Positions 1 to 13,200 of a DNA stretch of 64,000 nt are shown one piece after another. The stretch's first letter is position 1, and each line of letters begins with the position of its first letter. A program made the position numbers and the translations under genes. The notes below the pieces were generated by a model that had not been told where the DNA came from, ran no database searches, and was given only the letters and a program-made list of their open reading frames with translations. This DNA is from Iphione sp. A-MEVVRFRX5 (taxonomy: Eukaryota): NCBI GenBank assembly GCA_976226885.1, contig OZ320316.1, positions 40,300,001 to 40,364,000 on the forward strand. Reading direction: 5' to 3'.

Positions 1-324
1 GTTGGCAGTCGTTACCGAGCGGGGCAGGAGGGGCGGTGTCTGTAGAACGATGTGGCCTGCTATCCGGCGACCTGTTCCCATCCAGTGCCATGGAAGGGAG
101 CTGGCTCACACCCAGGTTTCCATGGTTACGTCATGAGTGATGCCCGCAAGATTAGCCAATTCGAATGTGTCTGTTTCTACACGTGTGCGTGTAAGCGTGA
201 TTTTACATGCTCACGTCTGCGCGCAAGCACACCAGATAACGAGGCCGTCTGCCGAGAGTGACGTTAACGCAGTCGTTTACCAACTGGAATTAAATATACA
301 TATTGCTACAGTGACTGATTCGAG

Positions 325-715
325 GGTTCAGGGGAGTGTATATGGTCAGTAGGACTGTTTACTTGGTTCAGGGGATTATGGCGCTTCCCGTGGAAGAGCA
401 TGGACCACGTACAGAAGGGGCACGGTCCAAGGGGAGGGAGCATGTGTGGCCCAAGGGAGCATGGATCTTCTTCGGAAGTCTGTGTAGTCCAAGGAGGGGC
501 GCAGTCCCAGAGGACCACGCATAGAGGGCCCACAGGAGGTCTGTGGTCTTGGGAAATATGCATTGTCTGGGAAGTTGTATGGTCAAGGAAGGTATGGTGC
601 ATAGTGTGAAAGAGGTATACAGGGCAAGGGAGTGTGCATCTTTTTGAGGTGTGTGTTGGGGACTTTGGTTGATCCAAAGGAACCTCTGTGATCTAGGGGA
701 GTGTGCATGAACCAA
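325..715. repeat. Decayed G-rich minisatellite-like array
   Basis: Recurrent variants of GGTCCAAGGGAGTGTGCAT, e.g. GGTTCAGGGGAGTGTAT, GGCCCAAGGGAGCAT, GGGCAAGGGAGTGTGCAT and GATCTAGGGGAGTGTGCAT. Confidence 0.5.
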
Positions 716-3700
716 GACAGTTGCATAATATTGGGTTTGGGGTCTTTCTGAGATCAACGGATTTAGAGATAGGGTCTGTATAGCGGGTTGAATTTAGGAG
801 GGTCGTTGCATGTGCTGGTTTACCGTATTAGAAGTCAAATGGTCAGTTTCCAATTGGGTCCTGTGCACACATAATTGCAGTCTGCCCTCACAGCCATACT
901 ACCAAGACCATTACTATCGGAGAACAAATGAACACCCCAGATTGACGGTGATAGAAAGATAGCAGAGAGCGGCAACTATGTGTAATAAATGAGGTACAAA
1001 AATAGACAGAAGCAGACAGACAGAAAGAGGCCGCACATGATGCATGCCTCGTCTTGACGAAAAATGGGAACTGTGTGGGTGGCTGTGAGAACTTATGGTT
1101 TCCGTCTGGCCTCGACCCTCGGTCAGCAGCATTAGCGGGTACGAGCTTGTCTGAAGAGGCATACTGGATATCCCCTGCACGTACTTTATCATAGTGCCAC
1201 TTAGTACGACAGATTCGGTAGAGCACAGCTGTATGCTCAGAGCACTTAATAGGAGATAGCATCGAGTAAAATCAGACTGCAACAGCAGCAGCGGGTACGA
1301 GTAGGCGGAAGGCAAGACAAGGCAGCGCACAAAGAAAACGATTGTAGAGTCCGATCTTACGATGATAAAAAATGAAGATTGTCAGATTTTATATCACAAA
1401 AAAAAACACAGGTGCAAAGTGCAAAGGGAACAACTATGGCAAAAGCATCCCGTCGCCGAATTTTTTCATTTCTGATGCTTCGACTTCGTATTAACAAACC
1501 GTGTGCAGATTTTCTTATGAACCTTTCCCCTACACCGAATATAGATCTCCGCTATCAGTTTTATTGTGAATTGTGCATGGACATTCAGCCATACGAGCCA
1601 GAGCAAAGGTACATCCTTGTGAAACTTCGTAAAATATTAAAAGTCCTTGAAGTGCACTTTTTCATCTTTGTATGTATCATTGAAAGAAGTCCCATGTGTA
1701 TATGTAATGGCTGTATTAAGTGTGTCATTACCGTAGAACGACAATTATCATCTTCTACACGGTTCAGATAGTAATGTTTGATGCCCCAGCTGTCATAGCC
1801 CAGGACAACCGTGTCTCGTCTTGTAATATGCAGTGTATTGTTCCTCTGGGGCGTGGGTTTACATTCATGACGCCATGTGCGCAGTCCTTCCCAATTGACC
1901 ACACGTGCCGTCGTGACCTATGACCCATAAAAGGTCAGGCGGTAGCTATGAGCTGCGAGGGGGCGCCAACTAAGCTCACCACCTGGTGGGAACAAAGGGA
2001 CTCAGAGTTCGTCCTCTTATTTATATAAATTTATAAATAAAAACTGTTTCATAAATAGCTACTGCACTTCCCACAAGTGATCGTATAGATACAACGCACG
2101 TGTGTCTACCTGCTCTAGTATAAAAAGTGACCTTTTCCAAAACAGGGCAACTTTGTGTGATTCATTGTCGATGTCTTCCATGTTTCTATCTCGCTTTATT
2201 CTCACTGGAAAACACTCATTCCCATACATATATGCCTTAATTTGAACACTTCGTGATCTCAAAAAAATGATTTCAAAAACCTGCTCACAAAAAGATACAA
2301 ATATATATATATACGTTTTATCACTGTACTGTCAGCTTACTTAATTCATTCTATTATCTTTTTCTCTATTTTTCTTTTTTTCGTTTTTTTATTTTCTTAT
2401 CTGAGTAACGATTGAAAAAATCCACATTGTGATTAATCAACTCAATAAAAGAATTTTCTATTTCGATAATCCCAGGCTTGGGACTTGATTACGACCAGAG
2501 AGATTTTCTGTAGCCCCAACCCAGAGTGGTCCACAACTCGTAAAAAGGCTGTGGGTATATAGGATTCTGTCCCCTATGCACAAAAAGACCCCAGAAAGCA
2601 ATTCAAAATAAGAGTAGGGGACAACCCCAGATATTCTGGTCTCTCAATTCTCAACAATAGATGGTATTATGCTACCCTAGGAGGATATGGAAGAGCTGTC
2701 ATGTGATTGAGAATATCTAGTTCCTGGGTAAAGATACAATGAAATGAAATGAAATATAACTGTAATCTGAGCTGGACAAAACCACCCTTAGCGGGGCAGT
2801 ACATGCGCTGCATCTGAGGACCTTGCTCACTCCTTCCATTGCTGCTATCCACTGGTGGTCGTTTACAGCATTTCAATTAATAGTTTTGCGCAGTAACCGA
2901 TGCGATAATTTGTCTCACCATCCCCCTTTGCGCATCAAGTCAGTTTCAATAAAATTTGCCCTCCCGTGTTTCCCTATATATTACCCTAAAGTATCTCAAC
3001 TATTTTTCATAAGTTTCTTCAGGTTAGGAGGTGCACACGTATTTTCTAGCATTGGCATAGGTTTAGTTACGTCTGATGTGCAGTAGTGCTGGAGTATAGA
3101 AGAATAAAACCTCGAAACCTCGCAGTCTACTTTTTCAATGTCTGAGTTAATCTTCAGTGATCTGTGTTATGATGTTTCACTGTTCGGAAAACATAACAAA
3201 ATTAGCTGTCTCATGACCGATTTAGTTGATAAACAATAGAAGTACTTATCACTCTTTTTATCATACTGTAACTTTCATATAAACGTGTGTTGAGGTAGGG
3301 TCAATCAGTGGATGTTTGTTTATTCTATGTATCTCTACATTAGGCCAAGCACACTCTGTCGTTTACACTGTAGGAAAGTGTTGATCCTAAAGAGTTTGCG
3401 ACCTGTTTGGAAGCATGTGAGACCTGACAGGATGTGACCCGTTCATTTTTCTTTGTACAGTTCTCTCTGTCAATTTGCTGGACCGAGGGGCACGGCTGTG
3501 ACTGATTGCTATTTGTTATTCTGTGAGAGGTTGTCCAGGGTCAGGATATATTGTTTGAAATCGGCTGTACATAATCTATTTCCGACTGTTTGCAAGACGC
3601 GTGTAGTTAAAGCCTACAAAGTAGACAGCATTTCACCTCTAGTCGAGTAAATGTATATATTTGAATATTTCGACATGCTGTTAATTTTTCGTTACTGACT

Positions 3701-4403
3701 CCATTTACTCCTATACTAAGCAATATTTTGCGTTATTTATTCAGTAATTAGCAAGCGTTACCAGGTAGTCTCGTTGATACAAACGAAACTCGCTAACCAG
3801 ATTAGTTCTGTTACATCCATTTTTTATTGATACTGGATAATCTGGATGTCGAATGGGCACGCTCGCACCCCCTGGCAGGGAAAACTTGCATAACAGTAAA
3901 ATATACGTAGCTCTTATGTGCTGTTGAGTCGCCCTAACATCCTGTATACATGATTATAGTAGGTCAAATGTTCTTTGAACCAATCATAGTCGCTCTGGCT
4001 TCTGTTGTTTCTATGTTTAGGAGGTTACACTCCAGTTACAGAAAACAAAGTCTGGTTAAACAGTACAATTTATAGTGAAAATAGCTTGGTGCTTTTAATT
4101 CGCATACAGTTAGTCATGGTTTCATTGTGTACAGGGTTTTCCCCATAGTCTGAACTACATGGTGCGGGTAAAAAATGACACCATGAGTTCCAACATGATT
4201 GTTTCCATGTATCCACATCCATGTTCTGTGTTGCAGACGCATCCGTAGATGGAAAATGGGCAGTGTTCGTTTTTTTCAGACCACGGATGCCCACGGACCA
4301 GTAGTGTAGGAAGATTGATGTTCTCAGATGGATAGACACTGTCTATTGCACGATAGATGATGTGAAATATTTTCTAATTTGCATATCATGTGCATAAAAA
4401 CTT

Positions 4404-4545
4404 GTTTACATAGAGTTGGACAGAATTCCTCAAAATCAGCACAAAAAAACATGCAGTTTACACAGATTTGGACATAATTCCTTGAGATCTAAAAATTGCA
4501 GTTTATATGGATTTGGATAGAATTCGTTGAGATGAGCACTATAGA
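4404..4545. repeat. Degenerate 45-52 bp tandem repeat, 3 copies
   Basis: Units start at 4404, 4456 and 4501 and share GTTTA(C/T)A..GA.TTGGA(C/T)A(G/T)AATTC. Confidence 0.7.
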
Positions 4546-7500
4546 TCTATCATAGATTCTTGGCCGTTCCTGACTGTCCCTAACTATCCCTGACCCATAT
4601 ACAGGCAGCTACCTGTACACATGGAAACCTCCTGTGCATGAGTGTCCAGAAATGTCTGCAAAATCAGCCAAATTCTCCGGACTTTCCCGTATATGGGAAA
4701 TAAATCTGGACACATTGAAACCAGGCCTTATCACAGTTTTCCAGTGGTTGAGTCTCTGGATGGTGAGGTCAGATAGTATTATAGAATTTAAAAATGTATG
4801 TATGTGAAGTTGATAAAAATGAAATATCATCAGATTAATTTCTACGATCAGGAATGGCTCGTGGATTGGACTTCATATTGTTATCTCGGTGGGACCAACA
4901 GTTCATGATAGGAATTTCAAATTCAAAGTTAATCGGTTTTGAAAAGACTCCTCTTATCGGCACGACCCAGATCTCACTCTCCCTCGTGTACGTACATAGA
5001 TACATGTATGAACCCAGATACGCCGTACTTATCAACCGTTCGTGCGATAACAGATCAGTGTAAAACGTTTTCCTATTTAACTCTCAAGATCCAGGTAAAC
5101 ATACCGGATTATAAATCTGCTCCTTCCTGCCTACTAAATCCTCTTTCAATTATCGTCCTCCCATCAGGCCTCTCCGAGGCCAATCTTAAAATTCCGGTTC
5201 AATCTACGTTTTGATCCTCTTCACACATGATCCGAAACAAGGGATCAATCGAAGCAGGATAGTAACCACCCCTCTCCGCCCCACTACCACCACCTCACTC
5301 GATATTGATGGTCGTCCAGGATGTTGATTTGGTGTCAGTAGCAGCGGCAGTAGCAACCACCAGTGGCATCTTACAGTCTTGGTGTTCGCCTTAGCGACCC
5401 GAGCGCGAGTAGACGATGTCTAGGCTGTGTTGAGTCCATACGTACACACAGGGATGAACCAGCTACGAACCTTGCAAATGTTTCTTTGCCCATTCTCACA
5501 CATTTTTACGTTTCATACTTCGTGCCGTCACGTTGAACTTTACTCGACTGCATAAATTGTAGGCGGAGAACTCGGGTTTCATGCGTTAAGAGAATCGATT
5601 TATTAGAACTCTCAATGTCTGGTTTGAAGAGCTACAGCAGTCGAATGGAGCACGAAGAACTACGTTCCGTCTTTGATGTTTAGAGGATATTCTGATGTAG
5701 GATGTAATTGTGCCAGCCGTAAAGGGCGGGGCCGCATCCATGTTGTCGATCAATGTTTGATGAAGCACGAACGGCTGCTTGATCCGTGCACTGGTGGCCT
5801 CATTGAGGCGTTGAACTTGTGCCTCTTTGTAATATGGTTTTCAGTAACCCAGAGATTAAGGATTACTTTTTTAAAATTCTGCCTATTTAAATGTTGACTA
5901 TTTTACTAATTGAGTGGAAACCAGACTCTCTGGAGTACCCTCATTCTGTGGTTTCATTGGCTCTCCTGAAATATATATTCCAATTGCATGTTTGGAGACA
6001 TTACTGCACAGCTGTGCCCAAAACGAATTGTTGTCTGTGGTTTGCTGGAGCCAAGCCCAGAGACTCAGCTGTAGCAAATGGTTCTTCAAACATGAGGTTG
6101 AAGGTTAATATGACATTTTGTTCAGAAGATTATGTGTTATGCACTGAGCATATTCACAATAGATTACCTAGCAGATGGTCTTTGGAACACATTCAAGTTG
6201 CATTGTAGCATCAGTCTAAGTAAGTGCTGTTGCGCTACGTCCCTGCATATATACATGAGCTATTCACATAAATACACGCATACATATACATGCGCACCTA
6301 CATATCAAGATGGGATTCAAGAAAATGTAAGTCGTGGCCAATCTTAAACCGCATATTTAGTCTCTTAAATGCACACATGTATATAGCAGGAAATGAAAAC
6401 TGACACCCAGTATATGACACCAAGTATTTAATACCGTTGCAGTCTTAAAGAGCAGGCCTGGTAAAGTAGGCAGTACAACTGGAAGCCAGCTTTTGCTGAT
6501 ACTCTATATGTATCTAAAAGTTCCCAATTGGCCAGACCTAAAGAAGTGTAACTTATGGCACATTAAAATGAATTATACTGTCATATCTACTTCGTAGAGG
6601 AAAATGTTGTTGGAAATGACGAGAAACTAGTTTGACACCGAAAAGTGGCTTTTAAAAAGAGTCTTCTCTCAACAGATTTGCACTCATACATTAACGACAA
6701 CCAGGAAGCAGTTGGTCGCAATTTGCAGTTGTATTCTGAGATCATTTCTTAGGTGTACTAAGCCTAATCCTTTTTGGATGAGCGCGCATTGTGTGTATTT
6801 GTGTTGTCATGCCCTGATTTATGTACCTGTTGAATCCTGGCATGTATGAAGACATTGGTTGTTAATGGTAAGAGATCCCGTGATAGCCAAAAAAAAAAAA
6901 GAAAAAATCGCGGTTATTTTTAGAGGAAATCACTTCCTTTCCCTTGAGAACTCTATTTCTTCATTGTTGTGTCGGGGACAACAGCCAAAATTTATTCAGC
7001 GTGGGTAGCGTGGCCCGCAGCACCTGACTAAATATCGGAGACAGTTGCGAACAAAGACTTAAGTGGAGATTACATTGTCAGTATTGTTCCAATAGGTCTA
7101 ATATTTGCAGGCTGCAGGTCAGCGGAGGTCTAGCATGGTGTTAAGAGCGCCCACGTTTGTAGGGACGACAAGAAAGGCACGCGTGATCGGGGCGAGGAAG
7201 GTTGAGGCACGAGGAGAACGGGGGCGAGGGAGGGTTACCTTGGTCGTCGACAGGCGTCTCTCCACGGAGTCACGGCAAAGATACCTTCTTGCGTAGATTG
7301 ATTTAGGGATTTCTCCATGGCTGCTCGACAGATCCACGCTAAATTATGTTTCAATCTCAGGATTTCGAGAGGCGTGACAAATTATTTCACCTGTACCACA
7401 TGCATTTACTTGTTTCCGAATCTTATGTTTATTAGCTCGTGGGCCACCTGAAAAACACAGGGTGACGTGTTCACTTTTTTACTTTGAGCATGTGAGCGTT

Positions 7501-7664
7501 CGGTAGGGTCACGTGGTCGAGTTGTGGTATTGACCTGAAAGGTACATATTCATTAAAAAAAAAAGCTTCCTGGAACCATTCATCACGTTCCGTGTAATAA
7601 GAAGGCAGTACAATATCTCTATGCTACATGACCCAACACGAAGAAAATATCTTTCTTTCCTCAC

Positions 7665-7815
7665 NNNNNNNNNNNNNNNNNNNNNNNNNNNNNNNNNNNN
7701 NNNNNNNNNNNNNNNNNNNNNNNNNNNNNNNNNNNNNNNNNNNNNNNNNNNNNNNNNNNNNNNNNNNNNNNNNNNNNNNNNNNNNNNNNNNNNNNNNNNN
7801 NNNNNNNNNNNNNNN
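7665..7815. other. Assembly gap (151 N)
   Basis: Run of N; ORFs spanning it are artefacts. Confidence 0.99.
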
Positions 7816-10800
7816 TTCTGAATTCTATGATGATAACGTCTCCTTTCACCATAAAAGTCGTGCTGAAAGATGAACTGATTGATCGTTTTCAGTCAAAGCT
7901 TGAGGAGCTTTGCTTGGAAATATGACCGGTGTGAAAGTTTCATACAATAAATGTTGTAATAGTCAAGGATAGGTTTTCAGTATCAATGTAAAAAGAAGGA
8001 TAGTATCATAGCTCTTAAGTGCGTAACATTATATTTTACTGACCAAATATAGCCGTAAAGGTTGTAAAAAAGTTCACCAATAGTCAAGCTCAAAAGTATA
8101 ACGTAATAATGATAACGGCATAGATTGGTATTCACAAATACCCAAATCACAGTCCCTTATTCTGTTATCGGTGTCTAATTTTCTACAGTTTAGTCTAACA
8201 AAAAGACAAAGGGGGGTTTAAGATCGGTGTAAGTACGTAAAGCCTCATGAAATTAATGTTAATGCCATACCGGAAATTTCGCCGGAATTGACACTCAAGC
8301 AGTTTGCCCAGTGGAACTGCTCGTTTGTAGCTGCTTTTTATGTGCATAGACAGACGACTGGCAGATAGACGGAGCTATTATAAAATGTCCTTTTTTTATA
8401 ATGATCTACATAGGAAGAATACTGTTGAATTTCCTAATCTCCTCGGAAAAAAAGATCAAATTCACTCAGTGATATTTGTCAATGATGACATCACTAATAA
8501 TACTTCAAAGGCTATTCCATTCCGAAAAATCCCATACCGTGAATTAGTCATACCACATCACAAGCGCATTGCGTAAGCTTTAACATATGAGATGTGTTGC
8601 ACAAACAAAACAGTATGTTATTTAAGCTTAAAAATGAGATAGCAAACAAAATATTTCGAAAGGTAGTATGGTAGAATACTAAACTCACCTATAACTGTAA
8701 CAAGTCACTTGTTTGTGTTCTGCTCTGGGAAGACATTAAGACAGACATGCAGTTTTGTATTCAAGTCAATATGGTGTGTGACGTTGTACCCGTCGCTTTG
8801 AAGGAGACGTACTCTTTTCAGGCCTCATCATTGCCGCATAGAACACTTGTATGGAACAGTACATATAGAAATGTCTTGATCCCGCCATGATGTGGTTGAC
8901 TGACAGAATATTCAAGGCAGAAATTTCTCTAAATGACGTTTGCAAGTCTTTCACCTTCATTACATACAGAGGAATCCCAGGCCTCGGGTTATATTTCCTT
9001 ATTTCACATGAGGTCTACTAATATATCATTTCGCCTGGTAATATCATGCAGTAGAGATCTAAACTTGTTTATTTAACATCTTTAGGTTCACAGGTACAAG
9101 ATACATCCTTGATATGCTTTACCCGTATTCTTTGGGAACTAAACAACCCATTAGACCCTTGTGATTACATACGTAGAAGGTATTCCAGCGGTGTCCTATC
9201 ATTACAGGTCTAATCTTAGGCAGTGCGCCTTGGAGATCGCTAGATGGAGGAGACCTGATGTATGGGTATCTGGGCTAACAGCATTCACCGACACGAAATA
9301 AAACAATGACCGTGAGAGTCATACATAACGGTTGTATCTAGATTAGTTGTGGTCAGGAGTGGCTACTTTTAGGTCGACCCTGATGTTCTCTGACAAGGTA
9401 TGTCACATCGGTACAGGTGTTATGTTCCGCCTGCCCCGTTGCATAAGGGGACTGGCTGCCTGCTGGACTCCACAGTCTAAAGACCCCATTTTCCGTTGTA
9501 GTGTGTGTGGATGAGGGTCACGCTCTTTGCCACGAGGGTCATTTACCCTTTGTCAACTTGTCACTCTTTTGGTCAGTACTCACTTCAGGTTTAATCTTTA
9601 CTTGCTGAAGTATTTAAGGAAGTGTTTCTTGTCGCACACACGCTGACCATTTCGAAATTATACTTCGCTAAAAGGGTCCTCTGTAAAGATTCCTCAGAAT
9701 GTGTTGACTCGTTTGGAAGGCAACTCAGCACACCAATCTCGAGTAAGAAAGTGAGTTAGTAAAGGGCCATGGGTATTTCCAAACGACTTCTTTGTCACAG
9801 TTGTGATAATTCTAGATGAGTACATGTATAGGCTAATTGAAAGTTAATATCCTCTGTTAGGGACGCGCTGTCGACCTTTGTTTACATAATCATCTGTTTA
9901 ATTTACACTTGCATGTACATGTTAAAAGATATTCAAAATTTGTAGAAACATACTTTGCGGTAAAGTGTTAGCCATGGCTCAACGTTTAAGATCCCGCTAA
10001 ATACCAGAATAGAACTGTTGACACAAGATTAGACCCGTGAACTCTCCCACTATGTTGCCTTCGCTTTAGCATATGTGATGTGAACGTGTGTGCGTTGCTC
10101 AGTAATCATCGGATGCCATTGAGACACAGTATGTATATACACAACGCTTATACACCAGACTTCAAACAAAGAAAAAATTAGAGGATATCTCTAGATTCTG
10201 CGAACATACAATTTAAACACGTTTTCAAAACATTTTTATGGTGCCGTGCGGGGATGACAACAAAACTAATTTAGTTTTAATTCTTTTTTTTATATTGATT
10301 GTGAACTGTTTCTACATAATTTACAGTGACCCGTCAGTTGTATAGAGCGTGGTATGGTGTAACACTTGACCGTGGCATGATTATATCTACCTGGGAGGTA
10401 GCACAACAAAGACACGTAGTTCATCCAAGTGGCTGATTTATTCGGTGTATGATCTCATGGATTAGATATGACTACCAGTATAAGTGCAAGGAATAAAAAT
10501 AGCTATGAAAAGTACACGTATCATGGTAATATATAAGCTTGAAATAAAATGGACATCAGAATAGTTGGAGGTCTACTTTAGACTTTAGGTCAGAGAAAAG
10601 AAAATCATGATCGACTGGGAATAGGGTATTAAGTCAAAATTTACTTAAAAAGGGTACAGATATTTTTTACTTTCCTTAAGTGAATCGCAAGAAATGCAGA
10701 TGGACATACCTTCGTCAACACATCTAGTTAAATCGATAGTTATATATCATTCAATGTGTATTTTCTGCAGATCTTGCTCGCATATACGATAGTTTTCCGT

Positions 10801-12189
10801 GATCATTAAATAAGAGACTTTATTTCTTATACATTGTACATGTACAGTATTTTTTTTACCTTACATGTACAGCATGTATATATACATCCATGATGACCAT
10901 GCATTGATACGTGTTTCAGTTTCTGTAGGATTTGTTAAAACTTGTTGAAATATAAGTTGTTAGGTGATTAAAATGATATCGTGGTACATTGTTTTATCAT
11001 AAGTCTCATATGGATCAGATACCAAGACAACACGCAACATCGCCACCCAGTAAATCCTGTTTTATAGCCAGAATTTACAGTGTAAATGTACGTATTCCTG
11101 ACGGTGTAGTAGACCTTGTAAATTTGCTCCCTGATCCAAGGTCTTGTAAAATAGCTACCTGAGAGCCGTCCTATCTCGTTTAAGAGCGATTTTAAGGTGA
11201 TAGTGGCCATCTATAGATCTTCCCACCGGTGTAGTTAATTAAGCTCCCCCGCCAGCGTTTACCTGTGTTACTGGATGTGTCTCCTCTACTCGAGTAGGCA
11301 GCAGCCCAGTGATTAAGCTACCACCCTGTGCAGATCATGATCGCCGCAAGGAAGCGCTATTCATCAGGTGGCCAGCGTTCCCACCGTCTGTACATCGCGA
11401 CGGTCAGAGCCGAGGCAGTTATGGAGCTGGTGCGGATGCAGAGATTAAGGGGTGGCATTCCCTCAGCGATAAAGTTTGAAAGGATAAATATAGTATTAGG
11501 AGGTATTTTAGACCAACTCCTTTGTCATGTCTTTCGTTTCAGGCTTTTTTTTCAATAACCGTGAAGATTGTACATGGCCTCCCTGTGGAATTTAGTCTGT
11601 ATGTTTTTCGTTCGCGTTGATGTACATGTATTTGTACACACAGCGTGTTTGTTTGAGTATGTTAAGTAATGTATGTAAGTCTAGAGAGAAAGTTGAAGAT
11701 ACTCCCGGGTGAACCATTGTCAGTCTTTGTGGACTGGGTAAGGCGGAAAGTGGTTCATTTCCCTTCAAAGTAAACACGACCAGCAATACTTAGAAGCCAG
11801 GACTTCCCCGAGATCAAGTCTGGATTAACCTTGGTTACACACACGGGATTAAAATTGCTCTATACTGTCAGGTAAAGCCTTCTTTGAATCGATACCCAAA
11901 ATACCAGGACATACGTTACAGCCGTCTTTCCTGGGTTACTTTCGACATTATGTGCGTGTTCATGACGAGCGGTAAGTAATATTTGAACCACCGGAAGAGG
12001 AAGTTTTGCATTAGCTTTAAATCATGTCGTTCTATGTCCATTATTGCCAGGTCATGGTACCCACGTTTTGTTCATGAGCCTTTCTTCTTTTTTCATCTCT
12101 CTTCATCTTTTTCTTAGTGTGCACTTGCTCAGTGTCTCTTTTGTTCTGTCATATGTCTGCATCCCTGTCTCTTGTCTAGTTGCGGTCCG

Positions 12190-12232
12190 ATATGTACATA
12201 TATGTACATGTGTATATACATGTACATGTATA
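12190..12232. repeat. TACA/TGTA low-complexity tract
   Basis: ATATGTACATATATGTACATGTGTATATACATGTACATGTATA. Confidence 0.8.
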
Positions 12233-12574
12233 TCAAGCCCGCGTCTTTAACACTAAGTACCAGTCGAGCTTATGTACCAGAATCAAATGCCAGGTACGGG
12301 TCGGCTTCTCAGGTGTACCCTCAGGTAGATTCTCACGGGATGCCTGCTCCAGGGTGTAGGCTAAAGGTGCCCCCAGGGCGTGCCTCACTGACCTGTTCTA
12401 GCCCCGAAGGAGTCTCTGCAGTCACAATTAGACAGGAGTATTTTCATTGGCATCATTGGTGGAGGCATCGGTGTAAAGGACGGGAGATAAGGAAATAATG
12501 GACGGCGGCAATCTCACCGAAAGACTGGTACAGTCGACCCCATCCGCATGTACGTATACACGTGTATACACATG

Positions 12575-12856
12575 NNNNNNNNNNNNNNNNNNNNNNNNNN
12601 NNNNNNNNNNNNNNNNNNNNNNNNNNNNNNNNNNNNNNNNNNNNNNNNNNNNNNNNNNNNNNNNNNNNNNNNNNNNNNNNNNNNNNNNNNNNNNNNNNNN
12701 NNNNNNNNNNNNNNNNNNNNNNNNNNNNNNNNNNNNNNNNNNNNNNNNNNNNNNNNNNNNNNNNNNNNNNNNNNNNNNNNNNNNNNNNNNNNNNNNNNNN
12801 NNNNNNNNNNNNNNNNNNNNNNNNNNNNNNNNNNNNNNNNNNNNNNNNNNNNNNNN
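12575..12856. other. Assembly gap (282 N) flanked by TACA/TGTA low-complexity sequence
   Basis: Run of N; both flanks carry TACA/TGTA-type words, so the gap may hide a microsatellite. Confidence 0.99.
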
Positions 12857-12869
12857 TATTGTGTACATG

Positions 12870-13200
12870 TACTATTTAGCCCCGGCGGAGAGCGTCTGAA
12901 GCGGGAGCCCCCCGCGTTGTGTTGCGGGGTTGGCGTGCGCACAGGGCTCTTCGCAGTACTATACTACTGGAGGTAACTCAAGCGGAACCCACAATAACAT
13001 CGACGACACATGCGTCGGGCCCTTAAAGGAGGAGCGGTCCCCGCCGGGAAAACAGCCGTCGCGCGTTAGCTGCGGATAGATCTCGCTTTCCACTGATAGT
13101 CACTGCTGATTCGGCGCGGCGGAAGAAGGCTATATATGTACTGACTCCCCCATCGGACCTTCGCTCTTTTTAAAAGGGGCGGGACTCTTCTATCTTGTGT
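12870..13200. promoter_or_regulatory. GC/CpG-rich promoter- or enhancer-like island next to the gap
   Basis: Many CpGs relative to the background and a GC box GGGGCGGGAC at 13175-13184; no associated exon identified. Confidence 0.3.

Noticed and set aside
2700-2760. (TGAAA)3 after TTCCTGGGTAAA, reminiscent of an L2/Rex-type 3' tail
   Set aside because: Too short, no AATAAA and no upstream RT remnant.
7621-7873. ORFs spanning the first N gap (likewise 12428-12976 at the second gap)
   Set aside because: Their length is an artefact of N runs lacking stop codons.
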